Positions 1 to 8,631 of a stretch of 45,561 bases of DNA are shown in pieces. The stretch is taken from IMG/VR virus record IMGVR_UViG_3300002101_000015, positions 1-45,561 of that record; one strand, written 5' to 3'. A program made the translations under genes and the position numbers. Origin of the DNA: a virus. Its lineage: Duplodnaviria > Caudoviricetes. The notes below the pieces were generated by a model. That model did no database searches. It worked only from the letters and a program-made list of their open reading frames with translations, and had not been told where the DNA came from. Each line of letters opens with the position of its first letter. Within the stretch, counting starts at the first letter, position 1.

Positions 1-61
1 GATAAGAAAGCACTCGAGGCCCACACATATAAGGGGTGTAGTATAAAGGTGGTGAGATTAC

Positions 62-502
62 ATGGAAGATAACACTTTATTAAAAGAGATAGAGGAAGAA
101 AGAAAAACTTTACTGAAGAAGCAAAAGGACAAAAAAGTGAAGAAAGAAATATTAAGATTAAAAAAACTATTTGTAGGTATTGGTCCAGATACCATGGATA
201 TTGCTTTATCTCTCATCAAAAATGCTGCCTTTATGACTGTTACATTGGAGGATTTGCAAGAAACAATAAATATGGAGGGTGCAGTTTCTGAATATAAAAA
301 TGGTGAACACCAATTTGGAACTAAGAAAAGTCCTGAAGTTGAAATATATAATACCATGATAAAAAATCATATGGGGATAATGAAACAGCTAACCGACCTC
401 ATGCCAGAACCTACTATACCAGTAAAGTCTGAAGAGCAAAAAAAGAAAGATGAGTTTAATAGAATACTGAGGCGTGAAGGCAATGAATCAAAGACAGGTT
501 GA
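62..502 (+). CDS. terS: Terminase small subunit
   Basis: Directly upstream of terL; P27-like segment (EGAVSEYKNG..KKSPEVEIYN). Confidence 0.8.
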   Translation: MEDNTLLKEIEEERKTLLKKQKDKKVKKEILRLKKLFVGIGPDTMDIALSLIKNAAFMTVTLEDLQETINMEGAVSEYKNGEHQFGTKKSPEVEIYNTMIKNHMGIMKQLTDLMPEPTIPVKSEEQKKKDEFNRILRREGNESKTG

Positions 503-2219
503 AATACCAGAGTATATAAAAGCCTGGCATGATTATATCGAAGCAGAACCCTTGAAACATGGTAAGGATATTAAACTTTTAAAGAAGATGGTTGAAAAAC
601 TTTTAAAAAGTAAAACTGTATTTTATGATAATACAGATGTTGAAGCCTTCATTGACTTCTGTAAACTCGTTAAACACAGAGAAGGTCGTTGGGCTGGATT
701 GCCTTTAGAATTATCCATAGAACAAAAGTATATAGCAGCATGCGTTTTTGGTTTTAAAATGTATGATACTGAGTTAAATATGGTTGTGAGATATTTTAGA
801 GAATTGGTTCTTTTAGTTGGGAGGAAATGGGGTAAATCTACTTTCATTTCAGCTATAGCCGATTTTCTTTTAATGTGTGATAGAGAACCTGCTGCTCAAA
901 TATGGTGCTTAGCTACTCAAAAGCAACAAGCAGGAATAGTGTATGAGGCTGCTAAGAATTTTGCAATGGGGAGTGAAATATTAAAGTCTCATGTGAAAAC
1001 AAGAAGAGATAAAGATAATTCAGAAATGCTTTTATTCCCTGAAGGCAATAGCTATATGAAAGCAGGAAGTAAAAACAGTGAATCACAGGATGGACTAAAT
1101 CCACATGGTGTTATCATAGACGAACTTGCAGCAATTAAAAATAGAAATACATATGATGTATTTTCTTCTGCCTTTGGTGCAAGAACTCAGCCTCTGATGG
1201 TTATTATATCAACTTTTGGATTTGTAAGAGAAGGAATATTTGATAGTGTACTTGAAAGATGTGAGAATAAATTAAAAGGTAAAAGTATTGAAAGAATTTT
1301 CCCTATAATATTTAGAATTGATGATACTGACAAAGTAGAAGATAGAAAGTGTTGGATAAAAGCTAATCCAGGACTTATAGATGCCAGGCCAACCATGAGT
1401 TATTTAGAGGGTGAATATCAAAAGGCTTTACAAGATCCTGCTCAGATGCCTTCTTTCCTGTGTAAGCATCTTAACAAAGCAAGTTCAATGTCAGTAGTAT
1501 ATTTTGATTTATCTCAAATTGATAAATGTGCAGTTGATATGAATATTGATATGATACAAGATAAATACGCTGCAGGTGGTGCAGATTTAGCAGAGACCAC
1601 AGATTTATGTTGTGGGTCGGCCTTGGTGCCTATAAAAGACAAATTATATTTGTTCCAAAAGTATTTTATAGCAGAATCAAGAATAGAACAAAATAGTAAA
1701 GAAGATAAAATGGCATATGAAAGTTTTTGTAATACTAATGCACTTGATCCTCTTAATAATAAATTGCTTAAAATATGTGATGGCAGTTTAGTTAAGAAAA
1801 GTGACGTTACTGAATGGTTTGTTGAATTATCTGAAACCTATCAAGTTACCTTTTGGAAAATCGGTGCTGATAGATGGCATTGGGACGAATGGAGCGAAGA
1901 TATGGGCATGAATGGATTCCCGCTTGAAGATAAAGAAGGTAGAGGAGTTATGTTTCCTGTTGCCATGGGCGCAAAGAGTCTATCAGAACCTATGAAAGAA
2001 ACAAGAGTATTATTTGATGATGGGATAATCCAATTTAGTAAACATAATGGTTTATTTAGGTGGTGTACTACTAATACAGCAGCAAAAATAACAATGCCGA
2101 ATAATGATATACAACCGGATAAGTCAAAATCAAAGGCACGTATTGATGGATATGTGTCTTTTTTATGTGCGTATATTGCTTATAAAAAATGTAAGGATCT
2201 ATTTGAAGAATATCAATAA
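474..2219 (+). CDS. terL: Terminase large subunit
   Basis: Walker A GRKWGKS, Walker B IIDE, C-terminal nuclease motif RIDG; 581 aa. Confidence 0.95.
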   Translation: MKAMNQRQVEIPEYIKAWHDYIEAEPLKHGKDIKLLKKMVEKLLKSKTVFYDNTDVEAFIDFCKLVKHREGRWAGLPLELSIEQKYIAACVFGFKMYDTELNMVVRYFRELVLLVGRKWGKSTFISAIADFLLMCDREPAAQIWCLATQKQQAGIVYEAAKNFAMGSEILKSHVKTRRDKDNSEMLLFPEGNSYMKAGSKNSESQDGLNPHGVIIDELAAIKNRNTYDVFSSAFGARTQPLMVIISTFGFVREGIFDSVLERCENKLKGKSIERIFPIIFRIDDTDKVEDRKCWIKANPGLIDARPTMSYLEGEYQKALQDPAQMPSFLCKHLNKASSMSVVYFDLSQIDKCAVDMNIDMIQDKYAAGGADLAETTDLCCGSALVPIKDKLYLFQKYFIAESRIEQNSKEDKMAYESFCNTNALDPLNNKLLKICDGSLVKKSDVTEWFVELSETYQVTFWKIGADRWHWDEWSEDMGMNGFPLEDKEGRGVMFPVAMGAKSLSEPMKETRVLFDDGIIQFSKHNGLFRWCTTNTAAKITMPNNDIQPDKSKSKARIDGYVSFLCAYIAYKKCKDLFEEYQ

Positions 2220-2240
2220 ATGCTTTGCCCTTGAGAGGAG

Positions 2241-3446
2241 GTGAGAGAAATAGGACTATTTAGTAGCATAGCGAATTATTTTCAAAAGGATAAATTAACA
2301 GCAACTAAACTCATAAACCTGCTTAACCAAGGGTATTCTATATCGCAAATAAATAGGCAAATATATGATATACCAGAAATTCGAACAGCTATTAATTTTG
2401 TTGCTGAAAAAATAGCGAGTGTACCTTTTTATCATATAAGGGCAGATACTGAGGGCAACATGACCATGGTGAATGATAGTTTTCAGAATGTGTTAACAGT
2501 AAGGACAAATAAATATCAAGGGCCCCAAGTATTTTGGACACAGATGATTACAAATTATCTTGTAGCCAACAATGCTTTTGGTATGCCTGAGTGGAACGAT
2601 AATGGAACTCTCGATTCTATATATGTTCTTCCCTTTACACAATTTGAATTCTTTCAGGATGATGATGGCAGGTTGATAATAACTTTTAATGGAAATTCAG
2701 CTTATTCATTTTATTATGATGATATCATTCATTTGCAGAGGTTTCCTACAAACAAAGGTGGAGCAGCTAAGCAAGCAACAGGGAATTATACCGCCATGGT
2801 TGGGACTATGCAGAATCAAGCTGTTAAAGACAGTGAGACAAGCAATAGAATAGCTGCATTATTGCAGGTTAAATCACAATTAAAGTCTTCCGATATGAAA
2901 AAGAAGCTTGATGAATTCAAAGATACCTTCCAAACTTCTGAAAATACCACAGGTCTTGGAATGATTGGAGCAGAGTATGAACTAATACCTTTTAGTTTAA
3001 AAAATAATCCTCTAAATGTTCAACTTTTAACTGATATAACTAAGCAGTTATACAATTATTTTGGACCCTCTTACGAAATTATAAATGGGACAGCTGGAGA
3101 ACTTGAAAATGAACAATTTGTTGATAATAAATTGAAACCCATTATTTATCAAATTCAAGAAGAGTTAACTTATAAATTATTTTCCAGTAAAGAGATATCT
3201 TTTTATAATAAAATTCAAGCTGAAACAGTGGATTTAGAAATAAGCACATTAGCAGCAAAGACATCATTTTATAAGGAAATGGTTTATGGAACTATAATGA
3301 ACAGAAATGAAATAAGGCGAAGGTTAGGTATGACAAGAGGACCTGCAGAGTTAGATAAGTTCCTTGGTAATAAAAACTTTCAAACCCTTGAACCTGGAGT
3401 GTATGAAGTAGGTTTAAGTGAGAATAACCCAGCAGATGGGAAGTAA
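2241..3446 (+). CDS. Portal protein (HK97 family)
   Basis: Follows terL; 401 aa; IIHL and MNRNEIRRRLG motifs. Confidence 0.9.
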   Translation: MREIGLFSSIANYFQKDKLTATKLINLLNQGYSISQINRQIYDIPEIRTAINFVAEKIASVPFYHIRADTEGNMTMVNDSFQNVLTVRTNKYQGPQVFWTQMITNYLVANNAFGMPEWNDNGTLDSIYVLPFTQFEFFQDDDGRLIITFNGNSAYSFYYDDIIHLQRFPTNKGGAAKQATGNYTAMVGTMQNQAVKDSETSNRIAALLQVKSQLKSSDMKKKLDEFKDTFQTSENTTGLGMIGAEYELIPFSLKNNPLNVQLLTDITKQLYNYFGPSYEIINGTAGELENEQFVDNKLKPIIYQIQEELTYKLFSSKEISFYNKIQAETVDLEISTLAAKTSFYKEMVYGTIMNRNEIRRRLGMTRGPAELDKFLGNKNFQTLEPGVYEVGLSENNPADGK

Positions 3447-3459
3447 GGAGGAAATAATT

Positions 3460-4116
3460 TTGGAAAATGAAGAAAAAAAATCACCATTAAGTGTTCAAAA
3501 TAAAAGAAAAGTTAATTTCGGAAATGAGAAGTCAAATTTTAGAGCAACAACGGAAGAAATTAACGGACAGAAAGTAAGAACATTAAAAGGATACCCAATA
3601 TTATTCGGAGTGTATGGTAAACCATATCTTGGTAGTAAATGGGTAGAAAGAATAGATAAGAGTTCAGTGGCAACAGTAGATTTTTCTAAACTTGTCTTAT
3701 TACTTGATCATAATACAAATTGGGCCTTAGCCAGAGCCGGTAAAAACATGGAGGTTACAGTAGATGAAGTTGGAGTATTTATTAATGTAACCTTAGGTAA
3801 TACTTGGCTTGATGATTATGTGTATGACAGAGTTAACACTGAAATAATTGATGGAATGTCATTTTGGTTTGATAACCAATCCATGATTGCATCAGACTGG
3901 GAGAATAAAATTGATGTAGTAACAAAGATAAATGCAATATACGAAGTAAGTATTGTTGTATTTCCAGCTTATGAAGAAACCGTTGTTATTACAGCAGATG
4001 GAACAGAACCGGATCCAACACCAACACCTGAACCAGATCCAATACCAAATCCAGATGAAAATGGTATTGGTGATTTAAAAAAACAAGCGCTAATCAGTCT
4101 AATAGAATTATTATAG
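3460..4116 (+). CDS. Prohead protease (HK97 type)
   Basis: LLLDHN, GMSF and EVSIVVFPAY motifs; GGAGG RBS supports a TTG start at 3460 rather than 3418; Pro/Asp/Thr-rich tail. Confidence 0.9.
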   Translation: MENEEKKSPLSVQNKRKVNFGNEKSNFRATTEEINGQKVRTLKGYPILFGVYGKPYLGSKWVERIDKSSVATVDFSKLVLLLDHNTNWALARAGKNMEVTVDEVGVFINVTLGNTWLDDYVYDRVNTEIIDGMSFWFDNQSMIASDWENKIDVVTKINAIYEVSIVVFPAYEETVVITADGTEPDPTPTPEPDPIPNPDENGIGDLKKQALISLIELL

Positions 4117-4128
4117 GAGGAATGAAAA

Positions 4129-5376
4129 ATGTTAAGTCAAAAGGAAATAGCAGAATTAAAAAGAGAACAAACAGAACTTGAATTAAAAAGATCAGAACTA
4201 AAAGTAAAGTGCAAGAATCATAGGGACATGTCGGTAGAGGATTTAAACGGTGCAGCTGAAAACCTAAGAACAGTATCAACCAGGTTAGATGCAATTGGCA
4301 TAGAGCTTAAGGACACAGTAGTTGAAAAAAGAGGAGGATTAGGAATGTTAAAAGATATTAAAGGAAATGAAATCACAGAGGAAAATTACAGATCAACAGC
4401 AAGGTACAGAGATGCTTTTTATAGAAGTTTCTTAAATAACAAGGTTTCTGAGGATGATTCAGAGGTAATGGGTTTTGGTAAAAGAGCAGTAACAAGCATG
4501 AACGGTGATGGAGTTACAACAGGATCAGAGTATCTTGTGCCAGAAACCACTCTTAATAATGTCTACACAGTAATTAAACAGTATGGAAAGTTATACTCAG
4601 CAATAACTAAATTTGGGTTCACTGGTGATGTATCTTTACCAATAGGTACAGCTGATGCTCCAACAACTAATGCTGAAGGAATAACAGATCTTACCTTTAC
4701 ATTTACCGAGGTAAAAATAAGTCAAATGGCAGTAGTTGCAACCATTACGGTTAAAAACCTATTGCTTAGAAATAGCATACCTGCTTTTGAAAAATACCTT
4801 TCAATGGAAATTGGAAAATACATCGGTATGCTTTGTGAAAACTATGTATTAAATGGTTCACTTTCAAATTCTACTTTTGAAGGAATTCTTACAGCTTTGA
4901 AAACTGCACCATCAGTAGCTAAAACTTATTCAGTATTGGATTGGGCTAAATTAGCTGATATAATTGGCAGTTTAGAAAGTCCTTATGGAGATCAAGCAAG
5001 TTATGTAATGAAGAGAAGTACCTTCTTCAAAAAATTCTTTGCTCTAACTGATTCTGTAGGCAAGCCACTTGTTACAATATCTCCATTAATTCAGGGATTA
5101 CCTGGACAAGACAATTATGGTACTGCAACTCCATATTTAATCGCTGGACAACCTGTAATTTGGACAAACTCAATGCCCGCAGGTGATGTAGATGGAATAC
5201 TCTATGGCGATCTTTCAACTTACATTGTAAATGAATCAGAATCATTCACTATAGAGTCAAATACCTCTGAAAAGTTTAGTGAAGACAAAACAGTATGGAG
5301 AGGTAAGCTATATTCTGGTGGTAAAGGAACTTTCCCTAAGAATACATTTGTTTATTACTCTTATTCAGCAACATAG
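4129..5376 (+). CDS. Major capsid protein (HK97 fold, N-terminal coiled-coil delta domain)
   Basis: Position; YLVPE, LNGS..FEGIL and YGDLS motifs. Confidence 0.9.
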   Translation: MLSQKEIAELKREQTELELKRSELKVKCKNHRDMSVEDLNGAAENLRTVSTRLDAIGIELKDTVVEKRGGLGMLKDIKGNEITEENYRSTARYRDAFYRSFLNNKVSEDDSEVMGFGKRAVTSMNGDGVTTGSEYLVPETTLNNVYTVIKQYGKLYSAITKFGFTGDVSLPIGTADAPTTNAEGITDLTFTFTEVKISQMAVVATITVKNLLLRNSIPAFEKYLSMEIGKYIGMLCENYVLNGSLSNSTFEGILTALKTAPSVAKTYSVLDWAKLADIIGSLESPYGDQASYVMKRSTFFKKFFALTDSVGKPLVTISPLIQGLPGQDNYGTATPYLIAGQPVIWTNSMPAGDVDGILYGDLSTYIVNESESFTIESNTSEKFSEDKTVWRGKLYSGGKGTFPKNTFVYYSYSAT

Positions 5377-5397
5377 AACAAAGGAAGGGTGATTTAA

Positions 5398-5607
5398 TTG
5401 GCTACTAAAATTAAGAAAATAATAGAAGGTGCAACAGAAATTAACAAAACTGATGCTGTCATCTATTTTAAAGCTAACAGAGGGCTAACTACTGAGGAGC
5501 ATGCAGCACTATCCGAAAAACTAAGATTTGAGGAAAAGAGTACGGGGCTAAAGATTGTTTTAGTCCCTTTTCTTTTAAATGTAGTGGATGGTGAGGTCAT
5601 TGAATGA
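5398..5607 (+). CDS. Small head-associated hypothetical protein
   Basis: ORF with RBS between capsid and connector genes. Confidence 0.55.
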   Translation: MATKIKKIIEGATEINKTDAVIYFKANRGLTTEEHAALSEKLRFEEKSTGLKIVLVPFLLNVVDGEVIE

Positions 5608-5872
5608 TGAGAATTTATTAGTAAAGGTCAAGGAAGGATTAAGTGTTGGTGGGATTTTTAATGATGCTACCCTTAGAATAAAAACTATTGCGGTAAAACA
5701 ATATATGTTAGGTGCAGGAGTAACTCAGGAACAAATTGAAACAGAATTAGGAATTGCAACTTTAACAATAGGTGTTACTGATTTATGGAATCTAAATAGT
5801 GGAGAAGTAAAGTTTTCTTATGCTTTCGATATGTGTTTAATGCCACAGCTTAAAGCGAAGAGCATGCCTTAG
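5588..5872 (+). CDS. Head-tail connector (gp6-like)
   Basis: Size and synteny. Confidence 0.7.
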   Translation: MVRSLNDENLLVKVKEGLSVGGIFNDATLRIKTIAVKQYMLGAGVTQEQIETELGIATLTIGVTDLWNLNSGEVKFSYAFDMCLMPQLKAKSMP

Positions 5873-5882
5873 AGGTGATAAA

Positions 5883-6224
5883 ATGTTTAAACCAAATTCA
5901 CAACAATTTACAACTGCTATAAGAGTACAACACAGAATAGTTAAGGATGTAAATGGAGCTGATGAAATAAGTTATTCTCCTGAAACTTCAATTGATTTTT
6001 GTAATTGGAAAGGTCTTGGAGGATCTGAAAGTGTAGAAGCTGGTTCCTTAGTAGTGATTGATACAGCTACCTTGACAATGTGGTTTAATCCTTCTATATC
6101 TGAAAAAGATAGAGTATTGCTAAATGATGATGAGACCTTAGCTTACGAAATTACAAATGCTGAAAATGTTGAGATGAGAAATATATTTCTAATGGTTAAA
6201 GTTAAAAGAGTGGTGAGTGCTTAA
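5883..6224 (+). CDS. Head closure / head-tail adaptor
   Basis: Synteny; YEITNAENVE beta-rich pattern. Confidence 0.75.
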   Translation: MFKPNSQQFTTAIRVQHRIVKDVNGADEISYSPETSIDFCNWKGLGGSESVEAGSLVVIDTATLTMWFNPSISEKDRVLLNDDETLAYEITNAENVEMRNIFLMVKVKRVVSA

Positions 6225-6667
6225 TGGCTAAATGGAGCTATAAAAGTTATGGTAAAACAGCATTAGGACAGGGGTTTAAAGTTGGTGGTATCGAGGAATA
6301 TCTAAAAAAAATTGAAGTCCTTGGCAAAAATATTAATGATGTTGTCAAAGAAGCTATAGAGGAATCTGTGAAACCTATAGAGGTTGATCTAATACAAGGT
6401 GCTGAAAGGCATGAGGATTCTGGAGATGTAGTTAAAGCGATAGAGGTCCAACCAGTAACCCAAGTAGGTGGTTACATTTCATCCCAAGTAGGTATTAATT
6501 TAGTAAAACATCCAGAGGCAATTCATGCAGTATTTCAAGAGTATGGAGATAGTCATTCGGATAAGTTCCCTGATCCTTTCATACGACCAGCTTTTGATAA
6601 TAATGTGAAATTAGTTAAAAGCATTCAAAGAAAAGTATTAAAAAAGGCAGGTGTTCCAACTGATTAA
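6224..6667 (+). CDS. HK97 gp10-like tail completion protein
   Basis: FQEYG...PFIRPAFD motif. Confidence 0.8.
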   Translation: MAKWSYKSYGKTALGQGFKVGGIEEYLKKIEVLGKNINDVVKEAIEESVKPIEVDLIQGAERHEDSGDVVKAIEVQPVTQVGGYISSQVGINLVKHPEAIHAVFQEYGDSHSDKFPDPFIRPAFDNNVKLVKSIQRKVLKKAGVPTD

Positions 6668-7016
6668 TATATATGAGCTTACCTATAATGCCTTGGCCCC
6701 ACTTGGATATCCTGTAAAAGAACAGGGAACGTATCCTCCGGGGACCATTCTACCAGAAACTTATATAACTTACTTTTTAGTGGATAGCCCAAATGAAACC
6801 CATTATGACAATGTACCTGAGAGCACAACCAATAGAATTCAGCTATGTATATATAGTAAAAAACCATCTATTAAGCAAACCGGAGATAAGACATTAAAAT
6901 CCGTAATGCTTCCAGGTAGTTTTTTACGTGTTGGAGGAAGGGATTTACCCTACAATGCAAGTACAGGGCATTACTGTTATACCTGTGATTATAGGTATTT
7001 TGATCAAGAAGAATAG
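6651..7016 (+). CDS. Tail terminator / completion protein
   Basis: Synteny upstream of major tail gene; PETYITY motif. Confidence 0.7.
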   Translation: MFQLINIYELTYNALAPLGYPVKEQGTYPPGTILPETYITYFLVDSPNETHYDNVPESTTNRIQLCIYSKKPSIKQTGDKTLKSVMLPGSFLRVGGRDLPYNASTGHYCYTCDYRYFDQEE

Positions 7017-7043
7017 ATAATAGGAAAGAGAGGAATAAAGTGT

Positions 7044-7949
7044 ATGGAAAAACAATATGGCGAATTTGTAGGAGTCGATAAGGTTTTTACCTTTGATGTA
7101 CTTGAGGATAGTGAAGGTAATTATACAGCAAGTACTCCGGTATATTTTGCACCAATTGCTGAAATAAGTGGAGAAGCAAAAACAGACAATACAACAACTT
7201 ACTATGATAATAAAGCTGGTAATAATTATGTAAGTGAAGGTGCTACAGAATTAAAAATGACTGTATCTAATGTCCCAGCAAATAAAATGGCAAGTCATTT
7301 AGGTAAAGATTATGATGCTACCAGTGGTAGGGTTTATGATAGTGGAGAACCAAACCCACCTGATAAAGGTATTATGTTCAGGTATAACATGGGAAAAGGA
7401 AATTATCGTTACTATTGCTATTTAAAAGGCACCTTCAGTGGTGGAGCAGAAGAAGCTGCAAGCAAGTCTGATAAAATAGATGTAAAAACATATGAAACAG
7501 TCTTTACTGCAGTTGCTACAACACATGAATGGTTAGTAAATGGTCTTAAGAAATCCTTAAAGAGAGTATTTGGAGATACAGCAGATTTAGCTTTTGATGG
7601 TTCAACTTGGTTTACCCAAGCACAAACTCCAGATGTAGCAGTAGCTCCTTCTGCATTGGCATTATCAAGTAGTGTACCTGCAGATGCAGCAACCGCAGTA
7701 GTAAAAACTGCTCCTATTGTTCTTACTTTTAATAATAAGATAGCTAAAGAAGCTATTACTATTTTAAGCTCACTTGGAGATATTGTAGCAGTAACAAAAG
7801 TATGGGATACAACAGGTAAGATCTTAACTATATCCCCAACTGCTGCGCTTACAGGCACTCTGAAATACATTATATCCATTGCAGGTGTAGTTGATGGATA
7901 TGGACAATCCTTAGCAGCTGTAGCAAGAGACTTTACAACAGTAGCATAA
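7044..7949 (+). CDS. Major tail (tube) protein with C-terminal Ig-like domain
   Basis: phi13-like tube N-terminus; C-terminal ~95 aa with IVLTFN..LTISP..L..Y Ig-like pattern. Confidence 0.88.
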   Translation: MEKQYGEFVGVDKVFTFDVLEDSEGNYTASTPVYFAPIAEISGEAKTDNTTTYYDNKAGNNYVSEGATELKMTVSNVPANKMASHLGKDYDATSGRVYDSGEPNPPDKGIMFRYNMGKGNYRYYCYLKGTFSGGAEEAASKSDKIDVKTYETVFTAVATTHEWLVNGLKKSLKRVFGDTADLAFDGSTWFTQAQTPDVAVAPSALALSSSVPADAATAVVKTAPIVLTFNNKIAKEAITILSSLGDIVAVTKVWDTTGKILTISPTAALTGTLKYIISIAGVVDGYGQSLAAVARDFTTVA

Positions 7950-7963
7950 TAATATTAATAATT

Positions 7964-7991
7964 GGTGGCTTAATTGCCACCTTAATTTTTT
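7964..7991 (+). terminator. Probable intrinsic terminator
   Basis: GGTGGC-ttaatt-GCCACC followed by a T-rich tract. Confidence 0.6.
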
Positions 7992-8002
7992 AGGAGGCTC
8001 TT

Positions 8003-8344
8003 ATGAAAATATTATCTTTAAAAATAAATAACAAAACATATATGACTGGGAAAATAACAGCTTTTATGTCCAAAGAGGCATTGAAAATACAAAAGGAATT
8101 ACTTGTATTAGCTAAAAAAGGACAATCACTAATAGATGCTGGCAAGGATAAAGAAGTGGAGAGAGCAGATGAACTATTAACACTTATGTTTGAACTTAGA
8201 GAACGTAAAACTTGGGTTATTTGCGAGGTTTATCAAAATAAGTTCACTGTAGAGGAATTAGAAAAGAGCCTTGATGATGAAGAAATTGATCAAGAAATAC
8301 AGAGAATCCTATATGGGATTGCTGGAGTGATCTCAAAAAACTAA
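8003..8344 (+). CDS. Tail assembly chaperone (gpG-like)
   Basis: Between tube and tape measure genes; ends in slippery A AAA AAC. Confidence 0.85.
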   Translation: MKILSLKINNKTYMTGKITAFMSKEALKIQKELLVLAKKGQSLIDAGKDKEVERADELLTLMFELRERKTWVICEVYQNKFTVEELEKSLDDEEIDQEIQRILYGIAGVISKN

Positions 8345-8583
8345 CTAAGGATGATGAGGGGCAAACATCATCCGAAGAAGTAGAAGTAAATGCAGAATAT
8401 AGTCTAATGTCTATATATAGACAGTTAGTAAGGAAATTTACTTGGAATTTGAATGATATTGATAATACTAACTTAGAAACCTTAGTAGATTTTTTATTTT
8501 TTAATCCTGAAGAGGATCCAAATGTAAGAGTAATAGATGGGAAAGAATATCACAGGGCACAGAGCGCGCCTTCATGGTTATAA
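8335..8583 (+). CDS. gpT-like -1 frameshift extension of tail assembly chaperone
   Basis: Heptamer A AAA AAC (8335-8341), hairpin GGATGATG/CATCATCC (8349-8373), -1 frame open to TAA at 8581-8583 (KLTKDDEGQ...QSAPSWL). Confidence 0.85.
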   Translation, partial: KKLTKDDEGQTSSEEVEVNAEYSLMSIYRQLVRKFTWNLNDIDNTNLETLVDFLFFNPEEDPNVRVIDGKEYHRAQSAPSWL

Positions 8584-8612
8584 GGCTTTGTTATAAGGCC
8601 TTTTTATTTTTC
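8582..8612 (+). terminator. Possible intrinsic terminator
   Basis: AAGGCTTT/AAGGCCTT stem plus T tract. Confidence 0.45.
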
Positions 8613-8631
8613 CTGAAAGTGAGGTGAGAAC

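Noticed and set aside
4005-4058. Short tandem repeats in the protease gene
   Set aside because: Explained by a Pro/Asp/Thr linker
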